DNA of 64,000 nt from Eledone cirrhosa (Eukaryota): positions 55,242,001 through 55,306,000 of the forward strand of contig OZ024744.1 of the NCBI GenBank assembly GCA_964016885.1, given 5' to 3'. Of this stretch, positions 1 to 12,974 are shown piece after piece. Each line of letters starts with the position of its first letter. Positions within the stretch are counted from its first letter, which is position 1. Both the position numbers and the translations under genes were made by a program. Under the pieces are notes generated by a model that worked only from the letters and a program-made list of their open reading frames with translations, ran no database searches and was not told the origin of the DNA.

Positions 1-218
1 GTATGGTTTATATGAAGCATAGTGAAATATATGGTTTAGGGTTGTTCTGGGAAAGCTGGCACGATGCAAGCTAGAAATACAAGAGTGAAAACTAGAGTAA
101 AGTAAGAAACATGCTATGTATTTTATGGACATCAGTAAGTCTTCAATTACAATATCAACACCTCGACATCAACATAATTTTTTTTTTTACAGTAGAAGAT
201 CAATAAATTCATATTCAC

Positions 219-321
219 TTTGTAGTGTGATTAATTGGCTCATAATCACTGTTGAGGTTCCAATAGTCATTGAAGAAGATTACTGGATAATATTTATTGG
301 TTCCAAGTTGAAAAACAACAT
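219..321 (-). CDS. CLPTM1: CLPTM1 coding exon 7 (YVVFQLGTNKYYPVIFFNDYWNLNSDYEPINHTT); gene continues beyond window start
   Basis: Acceptor AATCAG, phase 1 entry; conserved YYP.I.FNDYWNL..DY.PIN. Donor GTGAAT inferred because read-through hits TGA immediately. Confidence 0.92.
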
Positions 322-436
322 CTGATTTAAAAAAAACAAAAAAACATTATATATATATATGAGAATGCTTTAAGAAAAAATAAGGTAAAACAGGTAAACC
401 ATCAATTTCCACAACAACAAAAAAAAAAAAAACTCG

Positions 437-603
437 GCACACACTGTAAATGTGGTTGGCGTTAGGAAGGGCATCCAACTGTAGAAACCTAGCCAGAAAC
501 AGATCTCTATGAGCAAGACATGGTCACCTGACTCAACTTGTCTCTAATGGGATAACCTGTCTAACCCATGCTAGTGTGGAAAGTGGATGTTAAACGATGA
601 TCA
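437..603 (+). mobile_element. RTE/SINE shared 3' tail fragment
   Basis: GGTTGGCGTTAGGAAGGGCATCC...TCTAACCCATGCTAG...GTTAAACGATGAT, same as the 3' ends of larger RTE copies in the window. Confidence 0.8.
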
Positions 604-1639
604 TAATGGTTTTTAACAGGTGCAAGCATAGTAATTTGGGTGAAAGGAAAGTCGATTATACTAATCCCAGTACTTTGCTGTTATTTTATTTTATTGATCT
701 CGAAATGACAAACGGCAAAGTTGACTTCAGAACAGAAACTCTTAACTAAATACAGCAAAGTATTTTGTCTGACACTCAACCGATTTTTACCTGTTAATCC
801 ATTGCTCTAGATTATATTAGAACACTGAAGACAAATATTCTCTTTACTGTCTAGATTAAATGAGGTACAAGATCATCAGTTGTCAGTAAATTGATGTTTG
901 CACATGTATTTCCAAAACAAAATATTAAATAGCAATTAAACAGAGTAGTACAGCTTATGTGAAGCATTGTGAGGTATATAGTTAAAATCATTTTAGAAAA
1001 GCCAGTAAAATGTAAATTAGAAAGATAGGAAGGAAAACAGGAGGGAGGTAAAAACAAAGCAAAATAATAATTTATGGTTTTAGTTTTTATTTTGAAAAAG
1101 GAGTTCTAACCCCCATCCCGCAAAACATAAGGTAAAAGTTTTATTTTACTTCACCTCCAATTTCAATTCTTTATTTCTAACTTACACTGTACTGGTTTTT
1201 CTAAAACAATTTCAACCACAAATTAAACATTAACCTATTTCATACCAAATTGCCTGATACAAAACATCTAATTATAAAGTATTTATTTAACGTATATTCT
1301 CTCATCATAATTGTTTGTATGAAACATTTTACTGTTATGTTCCAATTACCAGTTGAATAATGAAAATTAGTTATACTAAATCATGCCAGTCTCTTGATTA
1401 TTTTCAAATTTTATTTAAAGAAAAATTAAATATTGTATTTTGGGTAGGTCAGACTGCCAACCAAAACATATGCACCAGTTATCCTTTCATCACAGCCTGT
1501 GAACCATATAGATGACTTTTGCTAGGACCAGTGCCTGGGTATTTAGTACCCTAGGCTAGCTCTAGTGTGACCCACCCCCATGACCAGTTATGCAACCCTT
1601 TCCCCCTCATACAAAATGTTTTTAACAATGTTTTGTAAG

Positions 1640-3920
1640 ATCATCATCACTGTTTTTCGTCCATTCTTCCACGCTAACATGGGTCAGACGGGTTGTCCTG
1701 TTGTTGGCTGACCTTGTCTTGCTCATACGGGAACTGATTCTGGCTTGATTTCTACAGCTGGATGCCCTCCCTAACACCAACCTCATTTACAGTGAGTGCT
1801 GGGTGTTTTTTTGCCGTGGCACCTCCACGACCATTTTGCAGTGAGAGGGGGTGGGGGCATATTGTCTATATACTTCAGCTTCGGCTTGTACTCGTGGGAC
1901 CTCGGGTCTTCTGTATTACTGCGTGATGCCAGAGGTCATGGTCGTGTGTTATCGCCTTTGAGAGGAGCAATTGGGTAAGGTCGGCTTTTATCACCTCATC
2001 CCAGGTCTTCTTGGGTCTCCCCACTCCACAGCTTCCATCGACTTCTAGTGCTCTGCACCTTTTTATGCAGCTGTCATGCTTCATACGCATCACATGTCCA
2101 TACCAACGCAACCTCCTCTCCTGCACACATCATTTGATTCCTCTTATGCTCAGTCTCTCTCTCAATTCATTTATGCTTTGCCATTCGTGTATATTACTAT
2201 TACACATCCATCAAAGCACGCATAGCTAGGTACTTTTCCTGTAACTGCCTCACAAGAAAGAGGGCATCAGTGCTGCCTTTTCCTGGTACAAACCCAAATT
2301 GCATCTCGTCTATTTTCACCCGGTCCCTAATCAACTGTGCTATAACTCTTTCCGTTACTTTCATGACCTGGTCCATCAGCTTTATACCTCTATAGTTTCC
2401 TCTATCTAGTGCATCACCTTTACCCTTGTAGCAGTTGACAATGATGCTGCTGCACCAATCCTTTGGTATGACACTCTAGTATTACCTGGTTAACAATACG
2501 TGTGGTTATGGTGTGACCTACCAACCCAGATGCCTTCAGCATCTCGGGAGCTATACCCGATGGACCAGTTGCCTTCCCTGTCTTCATATCTTTGATTGCC
2601 TTACTTACTACGCTGCTGCTGACTTGTACTGTTGGCCCCTCTATAGGGTCCACTTGGAGTAGGGTCTCTTTTTCCCATGCGTTCTCATTTAGTAATCTAT
2701 CATAATGGCTCTCCCACGCATCTTTCTTCTCAGCACTTGTGAGGGCAAGCTCACCTTTATCATTGCGGATACACTTCTCTCCAATGACATCACAATTCTC
2801 TGACACACTGACTCGCAATCTTGAACACCTCCTGTTTCTGGTCCTCACGTTGCAAAACATGCTTGAATTTTCTATCCTCTGCTTCCCTTCTAGCTAAATA
2901 TACTTGTCGCCTAGCTTTCCTCCTGGTCTCTATGTAATATACCCTGCTTCCCCTGTTCTTCCATTCTTTCCATGCCTGTCTCTTGGCCTTAACTGCCTCA
3001 TCTACGTTATTGTTTCACCACCAAGTCTCTCTCTCCTCCTCCCTGTGGACTTGCTCCAACCACAGATCTCATCCGTTGCCTTTAGTAAGTTACTTTTTAG
3101 GAACTCCCAGTGCTCTTCTACATTGAATGTCTATCCGTTCTTCTTTATTGTCATAGGCATCGAGTAATATATCTTTAAACCTTTAACATATCCGGCCAGA
3201 ATTCTCTCACCTCTTTCTGTACAAACTGGCTGTAACCCGCCGCTCATACTGATGTTAACGTATTGTTCCCCAAATAAATAATATCAAAATCACAGATTCC
3301 ATATTATGTGAGATAATTATGTAAGATAAAGCCTTTACCGTGAAAATACAATAGCGTATATAGTGTAATGTAAATGCTAAAGGGTTAAATCTGTTAGTGG
3401 CTGAGTGGTCTTTCAGCTTCCAGATCTTTCTTCTCTAGGTTGTCTTCTGTTTCCAAGTCCGTCTAGTTTTGACAGTGAGGTCGCTGATAACTAAGTTATG
3501 TTGGGAGGTACATTCCTCACCAGGGAAGGCTTTTGTGTTTACAACCGTCCATCTATCACGCCCTCTGATGAGGATAAAATGTATCTGACTAGAATGCTCC
3601 CCTGATCTATAGGTGATCAGATGGTTGTCGGGTTTTTTGAAGTTTGTGTTACACACCAACATGTCATTGGCGTCGCAGAATTCTAGAAGCCTGAAGTCTT
3701 CTTCATTTCTTGTGCCAAACCTGTGGCCTGCATGGACATGCCCGTTAAAATCTCCTGCAATGATTAGGATGTCATTGTCATTTGTTAGGGCAGTAATGTG
3801 CATTAGGGACTCATAAAACCTATCCTTAAGTTTGTCTGGCAACCCCGATTGGGGTGCGTAAGCTGATATTATTGTGGCAATTGTTTTATTCAGGACTAAT
3901 CTGAGTTTAATGATTCCCTG
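1640..3920 (-). mobile_element. Decayed RTE-clade LINE (family A), internally deleted, interrupted by a MITE
   Basis: APE endonuclease fragments (IIAGDFNGH, NTNFKK), KTGKATGPSGI, RRLRWYGHVMRM..GRPKKTW, (GAT)n tail; RT core missing near 2225. Confidence 0.9.
3179..3384. mobile_element. piggyBac-type MITE with TTAA TSD
   Basis: TTAA at 3175-3178 and 3385-3388; ends ACCTTTAACAT / ATGCTAAAGGG; removing it restores the RTE sequence. Second copy at about 44340-44538. Confidence 0.8.
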
Positions 3921-4216
3921 TATTTAATGATTTCTTTATTAATTACAGGAAATTTATTACATATCTAATTTAATTATAAAACTGATCCTTTAAAGTCCTG
4001 CAATTCACCTCTCTAGGCAGCTGCCTAGTAGGACTTAATGGTAGTGCTGACCGTGACTATTTCTCTGAAGTGAAACTTAACCAGTGTGTGTTTAAATTGG
4101 TAGCATGAACCTCCCAAAATAGAAAAGTATACATTTCAACACACAATTTCACATTAAGAATCTGACAAAACAAATATAAAAGTGAAATAAAAATTAAAAC
4201 AGTAAAGCTGTCTTAC

Positions 4217-4334
4217 ATTCATCCAAGGGTGAAGGAACCTGCCCTTTAACCCAAGGAAAATCATCATCGAGAAGATTAATGGTGAGATTAGGATGCCAGT
4301 GAGAGATAATTTCATATGATGAAGAGTTTTCTTT
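4217..4334 (-). CDS. CLPTM1: CLPTM1 coding exon 6 (KENSSSYEIISHWHPNLTINLLDDDFPWVKGQVPSPLDE)
   Basis: Acceptor TTTCAG, donor GTAAGA, 118 nt phase 0/1; conserved ISHWHPN.TIN..DD..PWVKG.VP.PLD. Confidence 0.96.
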
Positions 4335-6046
4335 CTGAAAAATATATAATATATATATATATATATATTATAAAGATAACATACAATCAACAACAAACAA
4401 CAGCCTGTGAATCAATGCTTTATGTTTGTTTTCCATGTGGCATGGGTTGAAAGAAGTAAAATAAATAGAAAAAACCCTAGAACAAAATCCATACACTACT
4501 GGACAAAAATACAACAGCCAAAGAGCAAACAAAATCTATTTATAATTTTTAATAGATAACATTATAAAATGTAATTTACCTGATATTTGAATTCTGTATA
4601 ATTTTTTACTATGCGAGACATTTGTCATGGACCCAGATGAGTCATTATTGTCTGAAGACAAGACGTTGGATAATTACATCTTGCTCATACATTCAATATT
4701 TTGGCATGATTTTTATGGTTGGATGTCCTTCTTAATGACAACCAATTCAAAGAGTGTACTTAGGCAATACAGAATGATGACAATCTCTCTACTGTCAATG
4801 ACATAATAAAATGCACTGAGTTCAACCATCAAGAATATTAAAAGGGTTTTTGAAAATATCTTGATAGAAGGGATAGTCAGCATGGCCACTGCAAGGAAGA
4901 CATTAGTGGAATCATTTTTAGAGCTCTAGAGAAAGGTTGAGAGAAATGTACAATGCTCGGATTTGGAGAAGGGTGAGACATAACAGGAATGACAAGAGTA
5001 GGGTATGGCTGTTGTGCATTAGTAGAGGTGGTACACAGATTTTTTTTATGCCTTAAACTACTCACAGGAGCAATGCTATACATATATTATCACCAGCATT
5101 TAATGTCTATTTTCTATGCTTACATGGGTTAGACAGGTAGTTTCAATTTAAGGCCAGACTAATCCGGTGACCATGTCTTGGTCGTACTTTCTATTTTTGG
5201 TTTGGGTTCTGTGGTTTGATGGCCTTCCTAATGCCAACTACTTTACAGATTGAACTAGGAACATTTATTAGGACTCTAGTACAGGATGGACTGGGTACCT
5301 TTGTCGTGGCACCAGCACTACTGCTATATATAAATCACATGTCATCACTAACATGAAATGAATATCAACCCTTTTAATACCAAACTGACTAAAATGCTCC
5401 TGGTTCTATGACAATACTATTTATGTCTATTTAAAAACCGTTCCTCAAAATTTTATGTAAAAGCCTTAATAATGCAAAAGTTAGTTATGCTAAATCCCTC
5501 CAAATCTTTTATTATTTTCAAAATCATTTGAAAATCAAAGGCAGTGTTTCATTACAAATATTTCTGAAACAGTGAGTGTATTTTACACTATATTTCTGGC
5601 AACACGGCCCTCCCCAAATAGAACAATTTGTTTCAACACCATTTCATATAAAAACCCTTGCAAAACAAATTCATTGCCGTCATTTCTGAAACTACTTGAT
5701 TCAATACTATGAGAAAAGTGGCAGCTTAGTTAAGGGAAAATTTGTAAACCTCCGATGAAATAAGGTGAAAATTATTTCTTTCATAATAAATTAGGGCAGT
5801 GTAACATATTTTTGAGTATGCACTGTAAATACGAGAGAGAGAGAGAGAGAGAGAGTGAGGGAGATAGAGCAGCTGATCAACCATAGTACAACCAAGTACT
5901 TGCTTTATCAACGTCTTTTTGCAAATGAAAGATCAAATTACCCCTCCCCACACATTAGAATTCAAACGCAGAATATAAAAGATCAAAACTTAAAACACTG
6001 CAACACATTTCATCTAAGCTCTGTATTGAGAAAAATTCAATAATTT

Positions 6047-6412
6047 CCTTACGGGGTCGATAAAATAAAGTACCAGTAATGCACTGGATATTTGCTGGCC
6101 TTGCGCCATAATTCTCCCATGCTTGCATGGAAAAATTAGATGAGCCCTCACCAGTACAACACTCCTTCACACGACCGTGACCTCTGGCGTCACACAGTAA
6201 TACAGAAGACCCGACTTCCCACGGGTACAAACTGAAGCATATAGGAAAAGTGGACTTGTAGGTGCAACGGGGGAAAAAAAAAAGCAACCAGCACTCACTG
6301 TAAATGAGGTTGGTGTTAGGAAGGGCATCCAGCTGTAGAAATCAAGCCAAAATCAGTTCCCGTCCCACCCTTGCAAGCAGGGAAAAGCGGACGTAAAATG
6401 ATGATGATGATA
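6047..6412 (+). mobile_element. Mosaic: SINE fragment plus RTE 3' end with chimeric tail
   Basis: SINE middle (GGGGTCGATAAAATAAAGTACCAG), then RTE ORF end, then family A tail switching to family B terminus and (GAT)n. Confidence 0.75.
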
Positions 6413-6419
6413 TATCTCT

Positions 6420-7050
6420 AAGGCGAGTAAAATACCCGAGATCCCTGGACAAGTTCTATCTCAACCTCGGTCTCCCTCAGGAGCACTGAGTGCAGTGTAG
6501 CACCATCTGAGTGAGTTTCTTGGTCAGTATCGAAGTCTCAGACCCGGACAGCAGCACAGACTCCACCGTAGCAACGAAGAGACGATGTTCAGGTCTTTAC
6601 GAAGGTCTGACTTCCACACCAATCTCAAACTGTGGCACGCAGCCCAGGCTTCACTCTTCCTCTCAACCACATCGTCCTCTGCGTTCCCAATCTTTACTCA
6701 GATACAGGAAGTCCTCAACCAACTCTAGTGGCTTCCTGCCTACATTCATAATCTTCTCTGGCTTCTTAATGTTCTTTGCCAGATAATTCGTCTTAATCTC
6801 ATTCATTCTCAGCCCCACACTCATCGACAGTCTCCACTTCCTGGATTAACTCCTCTACCTCCTTCACTGTATTTGTCACTAGAACTGTCAACAGCAAATT
6901 CAGCATCTGATATCTTTTTAGCCTTAACTCTCCTGCTCTGAGCCAGTGCTATAGTAAAGCCAGAGCTCTGGTGTTTCTCCAGCGCAAGGCGCAAACAATA
7001 GTCCACTGCGATGATAAAACGGTAGGGAGCCAATGTATCTCCCTGTACCA
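6420..7050 (-). mobile_element. RTE-X-like LINE reverse transcriptase fragment
   Basis: VQGDTLAPYRFIIAVDYCLR...GFT...SRR...ISDAEFAVD (degenerate FADD), distinct from the other RTE copies. Confidence 0.7.
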
Positions 7051-8535
7051 CAGATGCTCTTTTCCTTGTACAGCAACTACAGAAGTACCTAGCTAAAAGT
7101 AAACCCCTCTACTTAGTTTTTGTCAGAGAAAGCCTTTGACAGACACTCCTGCTCCATTATCTGGTGGGTTCTTAGAAAACTAGGAGTAGAGGAATGGCTT
7201 GTGAGAGTTATACAAGCCATGTATAGAAGAACAATCAGCAAGGTTAGAATTAACAATGAATATAGTGAAGAATTTAGCATAAAAGTAGGTGCTCATCAAG
7301 GCTCTGTCTATAGCCCCCCCCCCCCCCCCCCCCCTCCTGTTTATTATTGCCCTTCAGGCTACAACAGAAGAGTTTAAGACCAGCTACCTACGGGAACTTC
7401 TATATGCAGATGATCTAACTCTCATAGCTGAATCTATGGCTGAACTAGAAAAAATTCCAAACATGGAAGCATGGCCTAAAATCAAAAGGCCTTAAAGTTA
7501 AATTGTCTAAGACTAAAGTTCTAATATGTAGAAAAGAAAATAGGGCACAGGTGGCCTCTGGGAAATGGTCATGCTCAGTGTGTAGGAAAGGAGTAAGAGG
7601 AAATTCCATTCTAAGCCCCAAATGCAAGCTATCTAAGAATGTAGATTTTATAGAACTATCCGAGTTAGAACGGAATGGAAAAAGTTCAGAGAGCTAATAC
7701 CGCTATTGGCCATAAAAAGGTTTCTCTCTAAAAATGAAAGGCAGATTGTATGATGCTTGTATATGAACAGTAATGTTACATGGCAGTGAGACCTGGGCAT
7801 TGTGTGCAGAGGACCTGCACAGATTGGAAAGGAATGAAGCATGCATGCTCCGTTGGATAAAACAAACAAACTAAGTGAGAAATTAGGAATAAGAGGGATT
7901 AGATGCTGTTTACTTGAGAGAAGACTACGTTGGTATGGCCATGTGGTGTGCATGAAAGACGACAACTGTATAAAAAAGTGCAGGGCGATCAAAATTGAGG
8001 GAAGTTATGGATTAGGTAGACCTAGAAAACCCTGGGACGACATGATAAAATTCGACCTTGCACACTTACACCACGTCTCTAAGACAATGTCATTGGATTG
8101 AGATCTTTGGCGTCACACAGTAATACAGCCTTCCCTACGTGCAAAGTTAACCTACAGTCAGTAGGCCCCTCCTAACCAAATATACACCCCAAACCTACCC
8201 CTACTCCATCCTCCCACTCTCACCAACACCACCCTTTCTCTGTAAAATTATGTAGGCAACAACATCCAGTGCAAACTAAAGAGGTGTCACAACAAAAAAA
8301 CAAAAAAAAAACAGTCCATGCTGTAATGTGGTTTTGTAGGAAACACGGTAAGAAGGCTCCCAGTCCACACTGTAAATGTGGTTGGTGTTAGGAAGGGCAT
8401 CCAGCCATAGAAAACCTGCCAGATACAGTTCTATACGAGTGAGACACGGTCACCTGATCAATCTTGCCTCAAGTGGGACAATTCCCGTCTAACCCTTGTT
8501 AGCGTGGAAGATAGATGTTAAACGATGATGATGAT
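7047..8535 (+). mobile_element. 5'-truncated RTE LINE (family A subfamily)
   Basis: EKAFDR, HQGSV, ELLYADDL, CSVC knuckle, RRLRWYGHV, C-rich 3' UTR, (GAT)n tail; frameshifted. Confidence 0.9.
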
Positions 8536-9190
8536 ATGTGTGTGTGTGTGTATATATGTGTATATACATATGTATGTATATATATGTGTGAATCTGTATA
8601 TATATATGTGTGTATGTGTATATATGAATATACACAATATATGTATGCGTGTATGTGTATATATATATATATATGTGTGTGTATATATATATGCGTGTGT
8701 ATGTGTATATATATATATATGTGTGTATATCACCTTGACCGACCAGTCTGTCGGGCGCCAGTCGGCGCCACTGGTCCTAGTACTTTGCTGTTTTAGCCAT
8801 AAGATAACGCCATCCCTCTGGCTGGGCGGGCAGGCTGGTACTCATTTCTACAGCTGAGGAAACTGGAGCAACGTGAAATAAAGTGCTCAAAGAAACAACA
8901 CATCACCCGGTCCGAGAATTGAACCAACAACCTTTCGATTGCAAGCCTAATGCTCTAACCACTAAGCCGTGCGCCTTCATGTGTATATATATATGTGTGT
9001 GTGTGTGCATGCGTATATATATATATATATATACGTGTGTGTGCATGTGTATATATATATATATATATGTGTATGCGTGTTTATGTGTATATATATGTGT
9101 GTGTGTATGTATATATATGTGCATATATGTGTGTGTATGTGCATATATATATGTGTGTGCATGTGTGTATATATATATATATATATATGT
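8536..9190. repeat. Compound (TA)n/(TG)n microsatellite tracts flanking a SINE
   Basis: Direct inspection; source of the YIYI/CVCV pseudo-ORFs. Confidence 0.95.
8730..8978 (-). mobile_element. tRNA-derived CORE-like SINE
   Basis: Minus strand: A-box GGCTTAGTGG, B-box GGTTCAATTCT, then CORE-like TTGAGCACTTTATTTCACGTTGCTCCAGTTTCCTCAGCTGTAGAAATGAG. Confidence 0.8.
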
Positions 9191-9760
9191 ATCATTATCA
9201 TCATTTTACGTCCGCTTTTCCCTGCTTGCAATGGTGGGACGGGTCCTATTCAACACACCATCTCTCCATTCATCACAGTCCTTCATGAGCTTCAGCAATC
9301 TGAGGTCAGCTCTCACCACCTCCGCCCATGTTTTTCGTGGTCTTCCTCTACTGCGTCTTCCTTCCACTGGGATTTCTTGGCACTTCTTTACTTAGTGGTC
9401 ATCCTCCATGCGCATTACATGTCAATACCAACGCAGTCTTCTCCCCCGAACACTACAATTTATCCCTCTCAGACACAGTTTCTCTCTCAACACACCCATG
9501 CTTGGTCTTTCATGGACATTGACATTGCACATCCAACAGAGCATGCTTGCCTCATTTCTCTCCAGCCATCGCATATCCTCTGCAGTTGTTGCCCATGTCT
9601 CACTACCATGCAGCATCGCACATCTCACACAGGCAAAATATAACCAGCCTTTCGTTCATAGGAAGAAACCCTTCTTTGTAAACAGAGGAAGCTGCTCCCT
9701 CAACTTCTTCCAACTCGTCTTTATTCTAGATACTAAGGCCTCGGATCGCCCTCCTCCCTT
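9190..9760 (-). mobile_element. RTE LINE family B 3' fragment
   Basis: AMLHGSETWA..AEDMR.LERNEASML, RRLRWY; short terminus CCCGTCCCACCATTGCAAGCAGGGAAAAGCGGACGTAAAATGATGAT. Confidence 0.88.
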
Positions 9761-10104
9761 GAGAAAAAATAACAGGCATTGGCCACTTTGGAAAAGAGGA
9801 TGTCCTAAAACTCCCATACTCCATTCCTTCAGATGAACCTCTCGTGGCATCCAACAACATCAGAGTCTAGAGAGTAATTGTGGACAACAACTTAAGCTGG
9901 GCCACTCATAAACAGCAAATTTGACATGGCCTGCAGAATATGTATCCGTCTAACCCATGCTAGCGTGGAAAATGGACGTTAAACGAAGATGATGATTCTC
10001 AGAACTTTCTACTCAAGTCATATCCACACTATTATCCTTCTCTTCTCCACTTTTGCCTGACCCCACCTTGAATACTGTTGTCCACTGTAATCTCCCCGCA
10101 CGAA

Positions 10105-10610
10105 ACAAAGTATCATGAAAAAGATAGATGGCATGTCAGGCTTTGACTATTGGGGTCGACTAGAAAAACTCAAACTTTATTCTTTCCAACGCTGCCGTGA
10201 ACTACATTATCTGCATGGTGTGGAAAATATTCCATCAGCATTTCCCAAATGATGTTGGCATCACCTTTAAGGTTCACCCAAGGCTGGGCCCCATGCTATC
10301 CGCCCACAACAAAAATCAAACTTGCATATAACAATATGGCACAATTATTTCACCTCAATTGGCCCTGCTCTCTTTAACATTACACCAAAACACATTAAAA
10401 CAGAAACAGACCCCATAAAGTTCAAGAAGTCTTTGGACAAATTCCTTTAAGAAACCCCGGATAAACCTCCTACACCTGGATATGTCTCCGCAAACAATAA
10501 CTCTACTTGAGTGGGCCATGGTGTCCAAATCCTGATTTGAAAGACTTCACCAGTTGGTACTATTAAGTTAGACATGGCCTGGGCCAATACTGGCCGAAAC
10601 CTATCAAAGT
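10105..10610 (+). mobile_element. CR1-group LINE ORF2 C-terminal fragment (different family from 24397-27996)
   Basis: Manual translation DYWGRLEKLKLYSFQRCRE...VWKI and FKKSLDKFL..PDKP, typical of CR1-group C-termini. Confidence 0.6.
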
Positions 10611-10689
10611 TATATATATATGCATATGTTTGTGTTTGGGTATATATATGTATGTGTGTGTGTGTCTGAGTATATATATATGTGTGCAT

Positions 10690-10890
10690 ATCATCACCGT
10701 TTTATATCCATTCTTCCACGCTAGCATGAGTTAGACGGGTTGTCCTGTTGTGGGCAATGCCAGGTCGGGTGACCATGTCTTGCTCATATGGGAACTGATT
10801 CTGGCTTGATTTCTACAGCTGGATGCCCTTCCTAACACCAACCTCATTTACAGTGAATACTGGGTGCTTCTTTTACCGTGGCGCCTACAT
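10690..10890 (-). mobile_element. RTE family A 3' tail fragment
   Basis: Closely similar to 1640-1830 and 30100-30295. Confidence 0.85.
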
Positions 10891-11021
10891 GCATGTATGT
10901 ATATATATATATGTGTGTGTGTGAATTTATATATATGTGTGCACGTACAGATATGTATATATGTGTGTGAGTGTTTATATATATATATAAATATGTTGGT
11001 GTATATATATATATATATATA

Positions 11022-11481
11022 CTAGACCACCCGTGACCTGTTGGGTCATGTTCACTTCAAAATATAAAAAAAAAAAAATCAAGTTCACTTAAAAATGATT
11101 TTTAAATAAAGTATACACAGACATGTATATACTTATAAATGAAAAGCTCATATATAATTAAATGTGTGTGTGATCTATATACACTGGTCAGATACACATA
11201 TACACAACACCACCACCAGCTGTCTCCTCTCCCTCTCTCTATGTCTCTTTTTCAATCTACTCTGTCACAACCATGATCTCTTCCTCTCTCTTTGTTTATG
11301 AAGGTACTCGGAAAACCCCCATATCTCGGGAACCTGTGGTCCGATTTAGGTGAAACTTGTTTTATTCCAGTTGTATCTCCATTTCAGGGGCAACTTACTT
11401 TCAAAGTATTTTCCCATTATGCACCCTTTTGGCTGTATTACATTGCAAGCAAGCAACCACAGTCTTTTAGTAATATAGAGA
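11022..11481 (-). mobile_element. Non-autonomous Helitron-like element
   Basis: Minus strand begins A|TC (TCTCTATATTACTAAAAG), ends CTAG|T, with hairpin TGACC-CAACA-GGTCA about 10 nt before CTAG; no TSD. Confidence 0.7.
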
Positions 11482-12045
11482 TATATGTCTGTGTATATGT
11501 CTCTTTGCTCATATCTCTCCAGAAAGAGTTAACTTAAATAGAAATATTAACATCAGTCTCTCTAGCCAATAAGTGGGAGTTACTGTGAAAGCCAGAAGTA
11601 CTTCCTCTAGCTCCAGATCAGTCACATATTGGTGAATTGGAATTTCATCTGCAGTTCTAAGGCAGAAACATTAGAATTTGTAAGAAGTATCCTATGCTCT
11701 TTATGTTCAAAGATCAAATCCTAGGTTAGCTTTTCCTTTCATCGTTTCACAGTTGATAAAGTACCAGTCTAGAGCAGTGAATTGGTGATATTATCAGTTC
11801 CAGTTGGTATGTGTTGCAATATTTGCTCAGCTTCTTTGTAATCTGATTTCAAATCCTGCTCTGATCTACTAGCCATCTTGGAATGGATTGGAACTGCCTG
11901 CCATGTGCACACACATGTGATTAGCCATTGATAACATTAGTGCACTTCATAGTATTCAACCTGTTGAGAGCAGATGCTACCTGATGATAGTGAGATATGT
12001 ATATTCTAGTTTGAAGTTGAGGCTTTTAATGGTTTTCCAATCTTA

Positions 12046-12169
12046 TCTCAACACAGTCAATGTCCCTTCAACAAACATAACTGGTATTCAACACACACTA
12101 TATTTAGTCTCAACCCAGCCAATGTCCCTTCAACAAACATAACTGGCATTCAACACACACTATATTTAG
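12046..12169. repeat. Tandem duplication, 2 x 62 bp
   Basis: TCTCAAC.CAG.CAATGTCCCTTCAACAAACATAACTGG.ATTCAACACACACTATATTTAG twice, three differences. Confidence 0.9.
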
Positions 12170-12643
12170 AACAGAGTATGACATAAAAATATTTCAGTTT
12201 ATGGAAACAATCAGATTTGCAATATTATGAGGCTTCTGATTTACATGCAAGCATTAAAATATAATAAAATAAACACAAAATGCTTCCCAATTTCAACCAT
12301 TTTGTTGCCATGTTTCTAATTAAAAACACTGCCTATGGTTTCTAAATTATTTTGAAAATAAATTAAAATTTAGGATTTAGTAAAATATCTAAGCTGGTGT
12401 TTGCAACATAACTCAATAAAGGTTCTTACATAGAATTATAATGGAAGGGTTTTAGATAAATATAAACATTTTAAAATAAACAGTTTTGTATTGTAAAACT
12501 GAACCAGGTATGGTTTGATATCAGAAAAGTTAATGCCTATATCTCCACAACACTACACATGATCCATCAAATTCCAACTTATCCCAGCCATCCAAAAGTT
12601 ATTTTGTTTCTACAGGTATTTATGTCCACACTTTGAAAATGTG

Positions 12644-12974
12644 TCATCATCATCATTTTACGTCCGCTTTTTCCTGCTTGCAAGGGTGGGACGGGAACTG
12701 ATTTTGGCTTGATTTCTACAGCTGGATGCCCTTCCTAACACCAACCTCATTTACAGTGAGTGCTGGGTGCTTTTTTTCCGTGGTACCTCCACGACCACTA
12801 TACAGTGGAATGATAGGGAGTGGGGTCCTATCATCTCATTTCTACAGCTGAGTAAACTGGAGCAATGTGAAATAAAGTGTCTTGCTCAAGGAAACAACAT
12901 CACCCGGTCTGAGAATTGGACTCACAACCTACCGATTGCAAGGCCAATGCTCTAACCACTAAGTCATGTGCCTC
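12644..12974 (-). mobile_element. Full-length tRNA/CORE-like SINE with RTE-related tail
   Basis: tRNA-like head with A/B boxes, CORE-like block, one 48-bp-type unit, GTTAGGAAGGGCATCC domain, family B terminus and (GAT)n. Confidence 0.85.

Noticed and set aside
1-70. Possible CLPTM1 exon 8 (good minus-strand acceptor TTGTATTTCTAG, open frame LHRASFPRTTLNHIF)
   Set aside because: Does not resemble the expected conserved continuation (about PLSLWRWQLY); probably a cryptic acceptor, and truncated by the window edge.
8515-9643. Long ORFs rich in YI/CV/HT
   Set aside because: Translations of TA/TG microsatellites running into antisense RTE sequence.
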